Shown: piece after piece, positions 26,506 through 41,828 of the stretch
How the letters are laid out: every line of letters starts with the position of its first letter
Position numbering within the stretch: the stretch's first letter is position 1
NCBI RefSeq assembly: GCF_009914755.1
Contig: NC_060938.1
Source of the DNA: the human T2T-CHM13v2.0 reference genome, Homo sapiens
DNA length: 64,000 bases
Strand: one strand, 5' to 3'
Notes under the pieces: model-generated
What the model saw: only the letters and a program-made list of their open reading frames with translations
Told to the model about the DNA's origin: nothing
The model's database searches: none
Position numbers and translations under genes: made by a program

Positions 26506-28268
26506 CTAAGAGAAGGGCCTTTCCTGGTTTCCAAGCCTTCCATTTACATTAGTGGGACCACATCCCAAGGCCACACATGGCTTTAAGAGACAAAACTAAA
26601 TAATAATAATTCCATCTGTAACCGAAATTTGTAATAATAATGCTGAATTTTCATTTCACCCCAAAGCAAGGTTTGCTGCCACAACATTTGCAGCAGTCCT
26701 GTGCTAAGTGGGCTTGGGGGAGGATGGGTTCTGTGGGAAACCCTATACTTCAACCTCCCACTGACCCCCAGTGGGGTGGAAAACTCAGTGTAGCCTAGTC
26801 CTCCACTCCTGTATTATTCACTGTCGCAGCTGACATGCTGAGCCAGACTGGGGCCGCATCTCCTTGCCCAAAACTCGACAGAGCCTTTCCTGCAAGTATG
26901 CTCTAAACACTCCAGCCCTCCAGTGTCCTGCAGAGAGGCACTCTTGCCAAGTGTCATTGATGACGCAGCTGAAAACCAGAAACATTTCACTTTCCAGCCA
27001 CGAGACTGCAGCAATCTGCTCTTTGGACTGCACTTAGGGAAACCGAGGCCCAGATAACTGACCCCTCAAAAGCCCCCAGGACGGCAAAATCAAAGGGGCT
27101 GAGGTGCTCTGAACAGCCCCAGCAAATTAAACCACCTAACTTTGCGCTACTCCCACTGCCCTGAAGCAGCCTGTGGTGGGAGGTGGGGGTGGATACAGTG
27201 TTACAAAGAGAAACCTGAGTTGTAGCCATAGATTGCTAATCAGTAACAAAATATCCCTCTAAACCCAGTCCTGCCTTGAACCCACAGGCTCAGGATGGTA
27301 AATAAAGGAAAAACATGCTGCACTGCCCCTGCCCCACCTCCATGGGTATGTCTCCCACCCCAGCCCCCACCCCAACACGTCTGCAGAGGCCACTTGGCCA
27401 CCAAACTAAGGAGAAAACGTCCCTCCCCAGCTCAGGCTGAGGGGTTCTGGGGAGGGCAGTTATTGCAGGCTTAGACACACTTTCTCTGAATTAGGAAAGG
27501 CTTTAAAGGGAACCAGAAAGAGCTGTTCATTCTCCACCTTCAGGCAAAAAGTTCAGGCAGTTGCAACTACCAGCAGAACTGGAAGCCAAGCTACCAAAAA
27601 ACGTGGAAGAACAGGGAGGCCCCGGATCCACCAGCGAGGAGGAGAAAGCTGGCAGGGAGCAGAAGGGCTGAGCAGGGGGCTGGGAGAGGGAGCAGGCTGC
27701 AGGCTCCCACAGCCCCAAGCTGGGGCCACCCTCTGCACTGGGCGCAGCAGTAACATGGGCGTAGAAGACAGAAGCTGACAGAGGCCAAAGGTCCTCCCAC
27801 CCACACCCTGGTCACGGATGACCACGGCACTTCCTGTAAGGCGATCAACAGTTTATAAATCCCTTCAGAAGGTTTATCTCCACCTCAAACCCACGAGGCA
27901 GAGGTCATCATCTCCATTTCACAGACAAAGAAACTGAGGCACACAGAGGAGAAAAGCTAGAATCCGTTCCAAATACATCTCCCTCGGGAAAGTCTTAGAG
28001 TCTCGGCTGAGAAAGGTCCCAGGACTAGAAGGGCGGAATTTATGGCAAACAAGAAAGGCTCTGAGCCCCAGGCCTCTCCCCAACTGCCTCTGGGTCTCAA
28101 GCGGCTGCCTGTGCACCTTCCCAATCCCCACACCCCACTGCAGAACTCCAGCCACCGCACACACGTGGACGCTGCTTGGTTTGGAGGACACCTGTTGCTG
28201 CAAGAGGGGAAATTCACTTGCGCTCAAGGGGCCTTGTATCCTTTGCTGTTTAGAACTTCCCGCTACTA

Positions 28269-30047
<1,779 letters not shown>

Positions 30048-30812
30048 TTAAAATGCAGGTACGGCTGCGGGGAGGGGGACGGTGGGAAAGGTAGGGCCGG
30101 GCTTCCCTTAAAGGCGACGCGCGAAAATAGCAGTCGAGCCCCCTCCCCGGCCCGCGTCCCCGGTCCTCTTCCCTCTCCCCAGATAAACAAATACCCACGA
30201 TCCGGGCGACGGCGCCCCTTCTCCCTCCCGGGGGCACCAGAGTTCAGGGCAGTCGGAGACACAGCGAACAATAGGACTGTGACATGGGGGTCGCTCTTCC
30301 CCGCAGCAGGGCGGCTCTTTGTCCCCTTCCCTGCCCCCAGGCTCCTCCGCCCCCGTCCCCACCCGGGTCCCCTGCCGGAGCACGCGGCGGGGCTGCGTCT
30401 CCACTCCTAGCCCAGGGCTGAGCTAAACGCTGGCGTCCGCGCCCCTGCAGGGCCAGGGCCTTGCCAGCCGCGTCCCGCAGCGCGGTCAGTACTCTCTGCC
30501 CCGATGGGGCGAGAGCTCCGGGAACCTGCCCCCTGCCCGGAGCGGCGCTCGGAGCCCCGCTCCACCTCCGCTCACTCGACCGCTAAATCCCTGGGATTCG
30601 GGAGATAATCTGCAATTCGCGGGGTGGAAACCACTGGGAAGGGTGGGAAGGTCTCCCACTGGGGCCTGAACGCCGGGGTCCGGGGGCGCCGAGCCGGCCA
30701 CAGAACTCCCCACCGGCGGCCTCGCGGGACCCCCGGGCTTCCCACTGCCTGTAAGTCTGTCTCGTTATCCTCCGGTCCCCAAAGCGCATTTACGGCGCGT
30801 CTACCGCCAGCA

Positions 30813-30844
30813 GGCGGGGCGGGGCGGGGCGGGGCGGGGGGGGG
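30813..30844 (+). promoter_or_regulatory. Tandem GC boxes (GGGGC)n, Sp/KLF sites; G-quadruplex-capable
   Basis: GGCGGGGCGGGGCGGGGCGGGGCGGGGGGGGG seen directly. Confidence 0.7.
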
Positions 30845-31099
30845 TCCCTCCCCCGGAACCTGCAACGAGATCAAATCCGCGCACGCGACAGTGAGCGGCC
30901 CACGGCCTGGAGCGCGCGCCCGCGCAGCAGCTGATGCCCCATTTACAGTTGCTAAGCCGTTCATTCAGCTGTGTACTCAGCGCCTACTCGCCGCGGGGCC
31001 TGCTCCAGCCCCGGGGGATTCTGCAGGGCACCGAACTGCCCTCTGCGGGGGACTTGGCGTCCTGGGAGCAGGATGGGGAGAAGATAGACGAGCTAGATC

Positions 31100-31510
31100 A
31101 GGATGAGACTTGTCTTAAGTGCTGTGCGGGGCATTAAGTCGAGCTGCTGTCATAGAAAGCATAATCAGTTGCTTTAGATCCAGCGGTCAGGGAGGTGGGG
31201 AGGCACATCTAAGCTGAAGTCTGATTGGCAAGGTACAAAGATAAGGGGAAGGGCATTCCAGGCAGCAGGAACAGCCAGTGCCAAGGCCCTAGGGCTGGCC
31301 TGTTACAGACCTGTTCCAAGAAGGCCAGTGGGGCTGGGGGTGGGCCAGGGAAGAGGCGTGAGAGCTGAGGTCAGAGGTCAGAGGGGCCAGATCATGTATG
31401 ATTCCAAGACAGCTGGGGAGGCAGTGGGGTTTTAGCAGGGAAGCAACATGACCTGGTTTACCTTTTTAAGAGGCTCACCCTGGCCCACATGTTGAGAAGA
31501 GATGGAGGGG
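31100..31510. mobile_element. L2 fragment
   Basis: GGGAAGGGCATTCCAGGCAGCAGGAACAGCCAGTGCCAAGGCCCT...GAGGCTCACCCTGGC is typical of the L2 3' region. Confidence 0.65.
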
Positions 31511-32465
31511 AGTACACAGAGAGGTCCAGATTCAATATCTCATCTCCCACCCGTTCGCCACTCTCTCCAGACAGATGGTCAGGGGAGGGTGGTGGGGAGA
31601 GGATGGGCTGAGCACAGCTTCCAAGGTTAAACCCCAGGGATGCTGAGGGTCTCCCAGGCCCTGCCCAAGAGAACCAGCTCCTGAGGGGAGGGGACATCCT
31701 CCCCTCTGAGGCACTGCTCTGCTGGTCCAGCACAGCTCAGTTTGGGTTTAGAGAGGGAGGGGCTTTCAGCTTCTGCCTGGGGGAGCTGCAGGTCTGTCTC
31801 AACCCCCAGGAAGCCATATTAACTTCAAGGAGCTCCTTGCAGGCTCCCTGCAGAATGAAGCCTGTGCACAGAGTTGCTCCCTGGAGATCGAAGCGTAAAC
31901 GTTGGATACACCATAGGAAAAACCCACCAGCTCACCAGGGAAGTTGCTGAGACAGCACTGTGCTTTGTGAGAACCCCCTCCCCGTTCGTGCATGGCTCCT
32001 GGTGGTTCCTGGGGCCTGTTATCTCTGCCCCCTGATCCTCCAGAGCTGGCAGCTTCCGCTGAACTTCCAAGAAGAAAGTGAAGCCTCTATCTAGGTGGGG
32101 TTTGTTTGCGTCATCTACAGGCTGTGTGGACCAAGGACCAAGAGTTCCTCTGTGGAGTCTTGATAGCTTTGCTCACATCCTCAGGGTAGAACAAAGACAA
32201 GGTGCTAATGGTGGTGGTACTGGGTGGTTTGAGGGAGGGTCTCTCTGCTCCCCACACCAGGGCTGGGAATGCTTGGGCAGAACAGGACAGGACCAGAGGA
32301 GGTGAGAGGGCCCAGGGCTGAAACAGCGTCCTGAAGGAAAAGGGACTCCCCAGGCCAGAGCCCCCTCCCGGAGGGCCCATATCGCAGGGTCCAGCAGTAG
32401 GTGCCATGCCCCCTGGAGTACTCACAGCCCAACAGAACCAGGATCCCAAAATGTCAACGTGACTT

Positions 32466-32469
<4 letters not shown>

Positions 32470-32502
<33 letters not shown>

Positions 32503-32752
32503 GCTAAGACAGGGTCTCACTCTGTCTCCCAGGCTGGAGTGCAGTGGCATGATCTTGGCTCAGTGCAGCCTCAACCTCCAGGCTCAAGAGATCCTCCCAC
32601 CTCAGCCTCCTGAGTAGCTGGGACCACAGGCACCACCATGCCTGGCTATTTTCTTTTCTTTTCTTTTTTCCCCCATAGAGACAGAGTCTCACTGTGTTTC
32701 CCAGGCTGGTCTCAAACTCCTGTGCTCAAGCAATCCAATTCTCCTGCCTCAG
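32470..32752 (-). mobile_element. AluJ, 5'-truncated
   Basis: Reverse Alu after a long poly(T). TSD GTGACTTTGC. Confidence 0.9.
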
Positions 32753-34139
32753 TGACTTTGCTTCTTAAGCCCCTTGGTCATGACAACTCTGCTTTGTTAT
32801 GAAAACAGTGAAACCAAATCATGGTGCACTAACAGTCATACTGTAGGTGCCCAGGGAAAGTAGCTGTGAGTCTTTTCAAAATAAAGGTGCCCCACCAACA
32901 TTCTACCCCCCTTTTTTTAAAGACTCTCCCAGGATGTGTGTGTTCATTTAGAGCCACACACATTTGTGAGAGCCAGCAGGGGCTGAGAACCGGTACGCTA
33001 ACACACGGTAGATGCTAATACATGGTAGACAAAATACTCCAAAACCTAGGGCCTGTGGGGGGAGTACTGGTACAAGCTGGTGACAAGCAGAGTGTGCCCC
33101 TCACTTTCAGGGGGAACGGACTTTCTTACTCTTCTCTATGGTTGGGGCTCTGAGCTCCAACCCCAGAGGCAGTACCATTTGGTGTTTGCTGAGTGAATGT
33201 CAAACCTCTCAGTACGTGACAGATTGAGTCTGAGGCCTTCATTTTGAAGGTGAGGAAAAACAGAGCCCCAGAAGGGAGATGCCTGGCCCAAGGTCACTTT
33301 CATTCATTAGCTCACTGAACATAGAGGAAATCTATGAGTATATATGCATTTATACACAAACACATTTAAATGGGAATATATATATACACATTGCAATGCA
33401 TTGTGGTAAGTACTGCAAATGAGAATGGGCAGAACACATCATTGTGGGAGCATGCTCAGGCACTGGGAGTGGCTTCCTAGAGGAGGTGAATCTTGAAGGA
33501 GTTTGTCGTCTTGTGGAGTGGGGAGGAGGCTCCAGGTGGAGGAAGCAGTACAAGCAAAGGCCCAGAGGTGAGCAGGCGAGGGGTGTGGAGAGACACTATT
33601 ACACCTTGCAGCTGGGGTATACAGAAGGGAACAGCAGGGTGGGGAAAGTCGGGAAGAGGTTGAGCGATGGAGCTGGGCAGAGGAGGGCTTTGTAAGCCTC
33701 AGAAGGAAGCTGGACCCTTTCCCTGGGAGCTCTGATATCTAATAATAATGGCAATGACAATGACAATAACCAACACCACCTGCCGCTTATCCTAGACTCA
33801 GTATATGCCAATGATTCTAACCTGTCCTCTTTTGAGGGTTATAATAAACCTATGAGGAGGTGTCATTAGCCCTTCGAGGATTGAACATGGGTTCTTATTG
33901 GCTGGTTGTTTGCCTCCAAGAAGCTCAGCTCATTGGGCGTGAACTTACAGGCAGTGTTCAGAGGCTTGTGGACACCCAAGGACTCTGGTATGGCCAACAA
34001 AGTGTTTGGTGGTAGCTGAATCTTCTTCAGGACAGTGAGGCAATGGTGGCTGACCAGGTCTGGGCCAGACTATGAGGTATCATCCTGAAAGGCTACCAGC
34101 AGCAAGAAGTCAGGGTCCACTGAAAAGTGGTTAAGTGTT

Positions 34140-34385
34140 ACTAATATGGACAATGTTGACTGGGCACTTTCTAGGTACCCAGCACTGTGCTAGAGTTCCA
34201 CATAGATTGTCTCACTGACTCCTCACTGATGCGGTAAGAACCCTCTGTTCCCATTTTACAGAGTAAGAAACTGAGGCTCACACAGGTTAAGTCACTTGCC
34301 CAAGGTCACATGGCTAGCAAGTGGCTGAACCAGGATTTGAACCCAGGACCATCTGAGCTCCAGAGTGTATCTGACCCCATAGACT
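34140..34385. mobile_element. MIR
   Basis: CCCATTTTACAGAGTAAGAAACTGAGGCTCAC...GTCACTTGCCCAAGGTCACA core. Confidence 0.85.
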
Positions 34386-35883
34386 ACTGTCTCCCACACC
34401 TCAGTTTCCCTTCTCAAGAAGGAGGAATGGGGTGGATGCTCTGCGATGTCTCTTCTGCTGTGACTCTGGTTCTGTGATGCTGAGTGTCTGCAAGGTGCCT
34501 GGACCCATGTTCACCACCCACTTCCTCCTGCTTCAGGCTTTTCCATGTTGTGACCAAGCCTCAGTGGCTCTGACGCCTCTGGATGGCACCTGTGGTCAGA
34601 GCTCTCCAGCTATTTCTACTGATAGAACACTGCATGTCATTAGCTCAGTCTCCCTGCAACTCTATCACTGTCTGGGTGGGTGACCCTAGACCAGTCCCTT
34701 GTCCTCTCAGAGCCCCAGTATTCTCATCCAAGCCCTCCCTGACAGAGCTAGTGTTAAGCACTTGGCAGAGCTCTTGCAAAGCTCTGGGGAGGGGAGCTAC
34801 GCTTCCTTTCCCATCCTCTGCACCAGGACTATCTTCCCATGAGGATATTTCTACCCATTTTCCAGAGGCAAACACTGAGGTCCAGTGAAACAAGGATTGT
34901 CCAGGAAACCCCATGCTTGCCCCTGGCAGACTGGGCTACAAAGGATTCTGGGTATGGCCCTGGGCTGCCACCTTCTTCCTTTTGGGGTGGGGCCAGCCCA
35001 GAATATGGGGATCCTCAAGAACACAGAGTTCCGAGGTCATGTGTCTCAACTCCCACATTTATAGGTGGGGAAACCGCATGAAGCTGGGACTGCCAGTTTC
35101 CCTACATGCTGGACCGCCAGGGGCAGCAGTGAGAGGGCTAGGGGAGGATGGGTTCCTTCATCCCCACTGTTAACCATCGTGCCAGGCACCTTTCTGGAGC
35201 TCAGGAAGTCCGCACTGCACAGGACGGCTGCCTAGAACCGCTGATGTTGCAAGGCAAGGGTGCAGCTGAAGCCCAAAGGGCCTCACATGTTGACAAAAAG
35301 CCTCAAGTATAACCTGATGGCAGTGGGGAGCCACAGAAAGGCTTAGAGCAGAGGAGAGATCTGGCCAGACTTGTGTGTGATTAGAAAGCACTCAACAGGA
35401 GGTTTGAGGGGAGATCACTGAGACTAGCAGACAGTGAGAAGGCTTTGAGGCCAGGCAGGCCAGAGCCAGAGCCAAGTGTGATGGAAATAAAGAGATTGAT
35501 GGGGGCTGTCAGCATCTGACCCCTCCCTTTCCATGACTTCCCAGCCAGAGCCATGGAAATTCTCCGCCTGCCCCTTTAGCTGCTGACATCTCCTCACACC
35601 ATCGCCTGATGGAACAAGACAAGAGGGAGGCTCAACATACTGGGGAAACTGAGTCAGGGGAGTTCTTTGCAGAGCTGGCTATTGCCTCAATGCACTTAAT
35701 ATTATTCTTATGGTGAACTGGTTCATATTACAAAGAACACTGAGAAGCATATGCCTGGGAGCCCACCACCCAGACTAAAGTATTACCACTTCTGCTTTTG
35801 ATGCTCCTGCAGCCCCTCCTGGTCACAGGTCCCAGCCTTCCCCGACCCAAGGGTATCTGGGAATCTCAGTGTTGTGTTGGTTA

Positions 35884-36256
<373 letters not shown>

Positions 36257-36352
36257 TCATGGCATGGTCCTTCATGTGTTCATTTGCAGCGTGCTTCTGC
36301 CCTCATTATGTTGGTACATGTAGCTGTAGTTCATTCATTTTCATAGCCATAT

Positions 36353-36527
36353 AGCAAGGTTACTCAACCTCAGCGTGGTTGTGAGGGGCTACTGTGTGCA
36401 TTGTAGGACATTCACCAGCAACCCTGGCCTCCACCCATTTGACGGAAGTAGTACCCCTGTCCCCCACTTTAAAAACTAAAAATATTTTCATACATTGCCG
36501 AATTGCCCTTGGCTAAGAACTACTGCT
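36353..36527. mobile_element. MER20-like hAT DNA transposon relic
   Basis: TCAACCTCAGC...TGTGCATTGTAGGA...CCCTGGCCTCCACCCA...GGCTAAGAACTACTG resembles MER20. Confidence 0.7.
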
Positions 36528-36591
36528 ATCTTAGATCCATTGCATGCATATATTACCTTTACTTTTCTCCTGTTGAAGACATTTGTTTCTA

Positions 36592-37485
<894 letters not shown>

Positions 37486-37493
37486 TGAGGCTC

Positions 37494-37814
37494 TGTATTA
37501 ATTTATTCTCACCTGCTATGAAGAAATACCCAACACTGGGTAATTTACAAAGGAAAGAGGCTTGATTGACTCACAGTTCCGCGTGGCCAGGGAAGCCTCA
37601 GGAAACTTACCAATCACGGTGGCAGGAGAGAGAATGAGAGCCGAGCGATGGGGAGAGCCCCTTAGAAAACCATCAGGTCTTGTGAGAACTCACTGACGAT
37701 GAGAGAAACTGCCCTTATGATTCAACTATCTCCACCTGGTCCCGCCCTTGACACGTGGGGATTATTACAATTCAAGGTGAGATGTGGGTGGGGACACAGA
37801 GCCAAGGCTTATCG
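37494..37814 (-). mobile_element. THE1 (THE1C-like) MaLR solo LTR
   Basis: TGTATTA...CTGGGTAATTTA.AAAGGAAAGAGG...GGGTGGGGACACAGAGCCAA...ATCG. Perfect 5-bp TSD GGCTC (37489-37493, 37815-37819). Confidence 0.9.
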
Positions 37815-38789
37815 GGCTCTCAGAGCACAAGAGAAGCCCAGGCCAAATTTCATACTGGAGGTGCCCCATGTATTGGGAATAAAACCCAGAAGAAGAAGAG
37901 GAAACAGCAGAGCAGGTTTACTCACTTGGGATTTAATTGAAGTGTTTGTATTAATCAAATTGATGCTTTCACAGGTACACAAATACAATGTAACATGATT
38001 TATGCTACTTATAATTACAGGGTTTACATCAAGTGACAGATTCCAGGCCCCAGACACATGGTCTTTCTTTGAGCCCAGCTGTGCACTTCTGTAACTGTTG
38101 CACCACTGTGCTGGGAGTGGTGAGGCCCAGGCCCACCCGTGATATGGGGGTGTTTCTGTCTCCTCCCCAGTGGTGCCCTCCTGGAGGATTAAGCTTCATT
38201 TTTCTCTGGGACTCTCAGTGCCTGGCCCCCGGGTTGCCCTGGGGGAGTCTGCAGCTGCACCCTCTGGGTCAGGTACCTCCAGCCCCCACAGCCTCTGGAC
38301 GGCTCACGTCCCAGGCCTTGGGTGCTGCCCTAGGCCTGAGGTCTACAACCCCACAAAGCCGCCCCACCTGGCCCTACCCTGCCCTGACCACTGCAGAGAT
38401 CTGAGACCAATCTCCTCCAGTGCCTGAATATTTCATGCAGTGAGGGTGGAATGAAAGTCGCAAAGACCTTAATTGTTAATGTGGCTTCTGCTGGCTGCAG
38501 GCCCAGCCCTCCCAGCCCCCTCCTGTTTGATACAACAACAGCAGTAACAGTAATTCCTCCTGCACCCCAGGCCTTGTCGTGACCTGCCCTGGGCGAGGCT
38601 GGCCTGAAATGAAGTTGTCTGAGGAGCCCCAGCTGGCCAGAGAGAAGTGGTGACTCAAGTAACTATAACAACGAGACCAGGAGGCCCACTGTTCCCCAGT
38701 GACAAACTTCTTTTTGTTTTTTAGTTTTTTTTTTTAATAAGCCTTATAATTTTATTTTTGAAACTCCATACATGTGGTTTTTTTTAATT

Positions 38790-39054
<265 letters not shown>

Positions 39055-39082
39055 TGAATGTGTTTTTAAATTTAAAGTTCCA

Positions 39083-39395
39083 GGCCGGGCACAGTGGCTC
39101 ATGCCTGTAATCCCAGCACTTTGGGAGGCCGAGGTGGGCAGATCACTTGAGGTGAGGAGTTCGAGACCAGCCTGGCCAACATGGTAAAATCCCATCTCTA
39201 CTAAAAATACAAAAAAATTAGCCGGGCGCAGTGGTGCACACCTGTAATCCCAGCTACTCAGGATGCTGAGGCAGGAGAATCACTTGAACCCAGGAGTGGG
39301 AGGTTGCAGTGAGCCGAGATCATGCCGTTGCACTACAGCCTGGGCGACAGAGTGAGATTCCATCTCAAAAATAAATAAATAAAATAAAAATAAAA
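39083..39395 (+). mobile_element. AluS
   Basis: Alu dimer with (AAAT)n tail. Confidence 0.95.
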
Positions 39396-40720
39396 TTCCT
39401 AGCATAGAGCCTGGGAACTCAGTAAATGTTTGTTGAATGAATGAATGATAAAGGAGGAAGCTGAGTTAAGTTGAAAAACCCTGGATGTAAAATCTGTGTC
39501 TCTGGCCTGACCCTTACCAGCAAGGTGGCCTTAGGCAAAGCTGCACTCCCTCTCTGAGCCTCTGGATCAGGACCGGAAAATAGGACCATTTCATCCTCCT
39601 TGTAGGATGAGGAGATAGTCAAGTGACAAGAAAAGGAGGCGTGAACCCCAGGCCACACGGTGAGGCGGGAGGGGATGCTCTCCTCGAGAAAGGGCTGAGT
39701 CCTGTGGGTGCCCCGGAGCCCAGAGTCTTCCTGAGCGTCTGAAAACTGAACTGAAGAGCCAAGCCTTCTCTCAAGAGTAGCTCGCCCAGCTCAGCCCCAA
39801 CACCAGGCCACAGAACTCTGCAATGAGGAAGCTCCATCTCAGCACCCTGAACTCACAGAGCCCCTGTGAGCAAATCAGAGCCCAAGAGGCAGCTAGCTGG
39901 TCAGGCTCTCGGAGCAAGGGCAGCAGGTCAGCCCTTGGGCTCTCAGCCCCAGCCACCCTTAGAATCACCGGAAAGCATGTGAAATGCAGATGCTCAGGTC
40001 CCACCCCAGACCAAGTCCATCAGAATCTTGGGAGACAGTGATTTAGCAGCCAGATCTGCTCTGAGCTACATGAGGCACTTGTTTGTTGGCATCAGGCTGA
40101 GCTAGGAGACACTCCCATTGCTGTGGGGTACACCCCTCCCCAAGCATCTGACCTTAGAGATCTTTCTCTAACGTTATCCAGATTCCCCAAATAATCCTCA
40201 AATGTGCTACTTCGAATGCATACACCTAGTGACGCTGGAGGGGACGAGGGTTTCCGGAGGCCAGGATAGCGTTCACTTAATGCCCTGATTTTTTTGTCCC
40301 GTATCTAATGGGATAAAATGAAAGGAAAGAAAGTAATAAAGATATAAAATCAAAAAATTATCTGGGACTCATGGACACAAGTCTCTCCATAAAAAGGGCC
40401 AGAAGAGAAGTGGAAAATAGACCATACTGGGCACATTATTGTAAAACTTCACAACACCAGGGTTGAGAAAATCCTCAAACCATGGTGCGTAGAGTGCGGA
40501 GAAAAGGAATCAGAATGATGTTGACATTCTCAACAGCAAGTCCAAAAACTAGAAGGTCATGAAGCGATGTCTCAGCATCCTGAAGGAAAACTATTTTAGT
40601 ACCAATGCAGTCCAGGGGGAGGGCAGAGTGAGACATTTTCCAATTAAAAAAAAATAGAAAAATTATTTCCCAGACATCCTTTCTCTAAAATTAGGAATTA
40701 AACCAAGAAATAAGACATGA

Positions 40721-41202
40721 AGCCCAGGCACAGTGGCTCACGCCTGTAATCCCAGCACTTTAGGAGCCCAGCCTCCCAGATTGCTTGAGCCCAGGAGTTC
40801 AAGACCAGCCTGGGCAACATGAGGAAACCCTATCTCTACAAAAAATTCAAAAATATGGGCTTGGTGGTGCATGCCTGTGCTCCCAGCTACTCAGGAGGCT
40901 GAGGTGAGAGGGTTACTAGAGCCCGGGAGGTTGAAACTGCAATGAGCTGTGATTGTGCCACTGCACTCCAGCTTGGGTGGCAGAGTGAGACTCTGTGTCA
41001 GAAAGAAAAGAAAAGAAAGGAAGGCAGTTAAAAGAAAAGAAGAAAGAAAGAGAGAGAGAGGAAAGGAAGGAAGAAAGAAAGGAAGAAAGAGAAAGAAAGG
41101 AAGAGAGAAAGAGAGAGAAAGAAAGAAAAAGAAAGAAGGAAGGAAAGAAAGAAAGAGAAAGAAAGAAAGAAGGAAAGAAAGAGAAAGAAAGAAAGAAAAA
41201 AA
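40721..41202 (+). mobile_element. AluJ with a ~200-bp expanded GA-rich tail
   Basis: Alu dimer, then (GAAA/GAAG)n. TSD AAGACATGA. Confidence 0.9.
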
Positions 41203-41512
41203 GACATGAGATTCAGACAACAGAGAAAGGAAGGTCCAGGGTGAGGGCTTTGCAGACAGAAGCAATCAGCGCAGATTTGAAAAGGAGGCTCCCGGAGGAA
41301 CTGCCCAAGCTCACGGATTCCCTTGGTAGGAGTGCTTGGCTGTTTGGAGAGGAATATTAGAGCTCTGTCGGAGTTTGGTGAAAAGCCCAGAAAAAACCAA
41401 GCAAGTCAAAACAAGGAGGCAATTATTAATCCCCAGGGAAACCCAGAAGTTGTACAAGGAAGGAAATCCAATCAGGCCATACCATGGCTCAGCTGGCCAT
41501 AATGTTTATATA

Positions 41513-41828
41513 GAGTCACGTGCTGCTCCATCACATTTTAGTCGGGGTCACATACACCACGGTGGGCCTGTCAGATAATATTGTGTTCTTACTGTACCTT
41601 TTCTATGTTTAGACACACAAATTCTTGCCATTGTGTTACAGTTCCTACGATATTCAGTACAGGTACATGCTGTACAGATTTGTGAGCCTAGCAGCAATAG
41701 GCTAGACCATCTGGCCTGGGTGTGCAGTGGGCTATCCCATCTAGCATTGTATGCTCCATGACAATGATGACAGCAACTAATGACACATTTCCCAGATCAT
41801 ATCCTCGTCATTAAGTGACACGTGACTG
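41513..41828. mobile_element. Tigger3-like (MER7/Golem) non-autonomous Tc1/mariner-type element
   Basis: TA|GAGTCACGTG...CACGTGACTG|TA: terminal inverted repeats with a TA target duplication. Internal TTACTGTACCTTTTCTATGTTTAGA. Confidence 0.8.

Noticed and set aside
40891-41360. Lys/Glu/Arg-rich and Phe/Leu/Ser-rich ORFs (also 52483-53010, 56306-56704, 62316-62855)
   Set aside because: Translations of (GAAA)n or (CCAT)n tracts and Alu arms.
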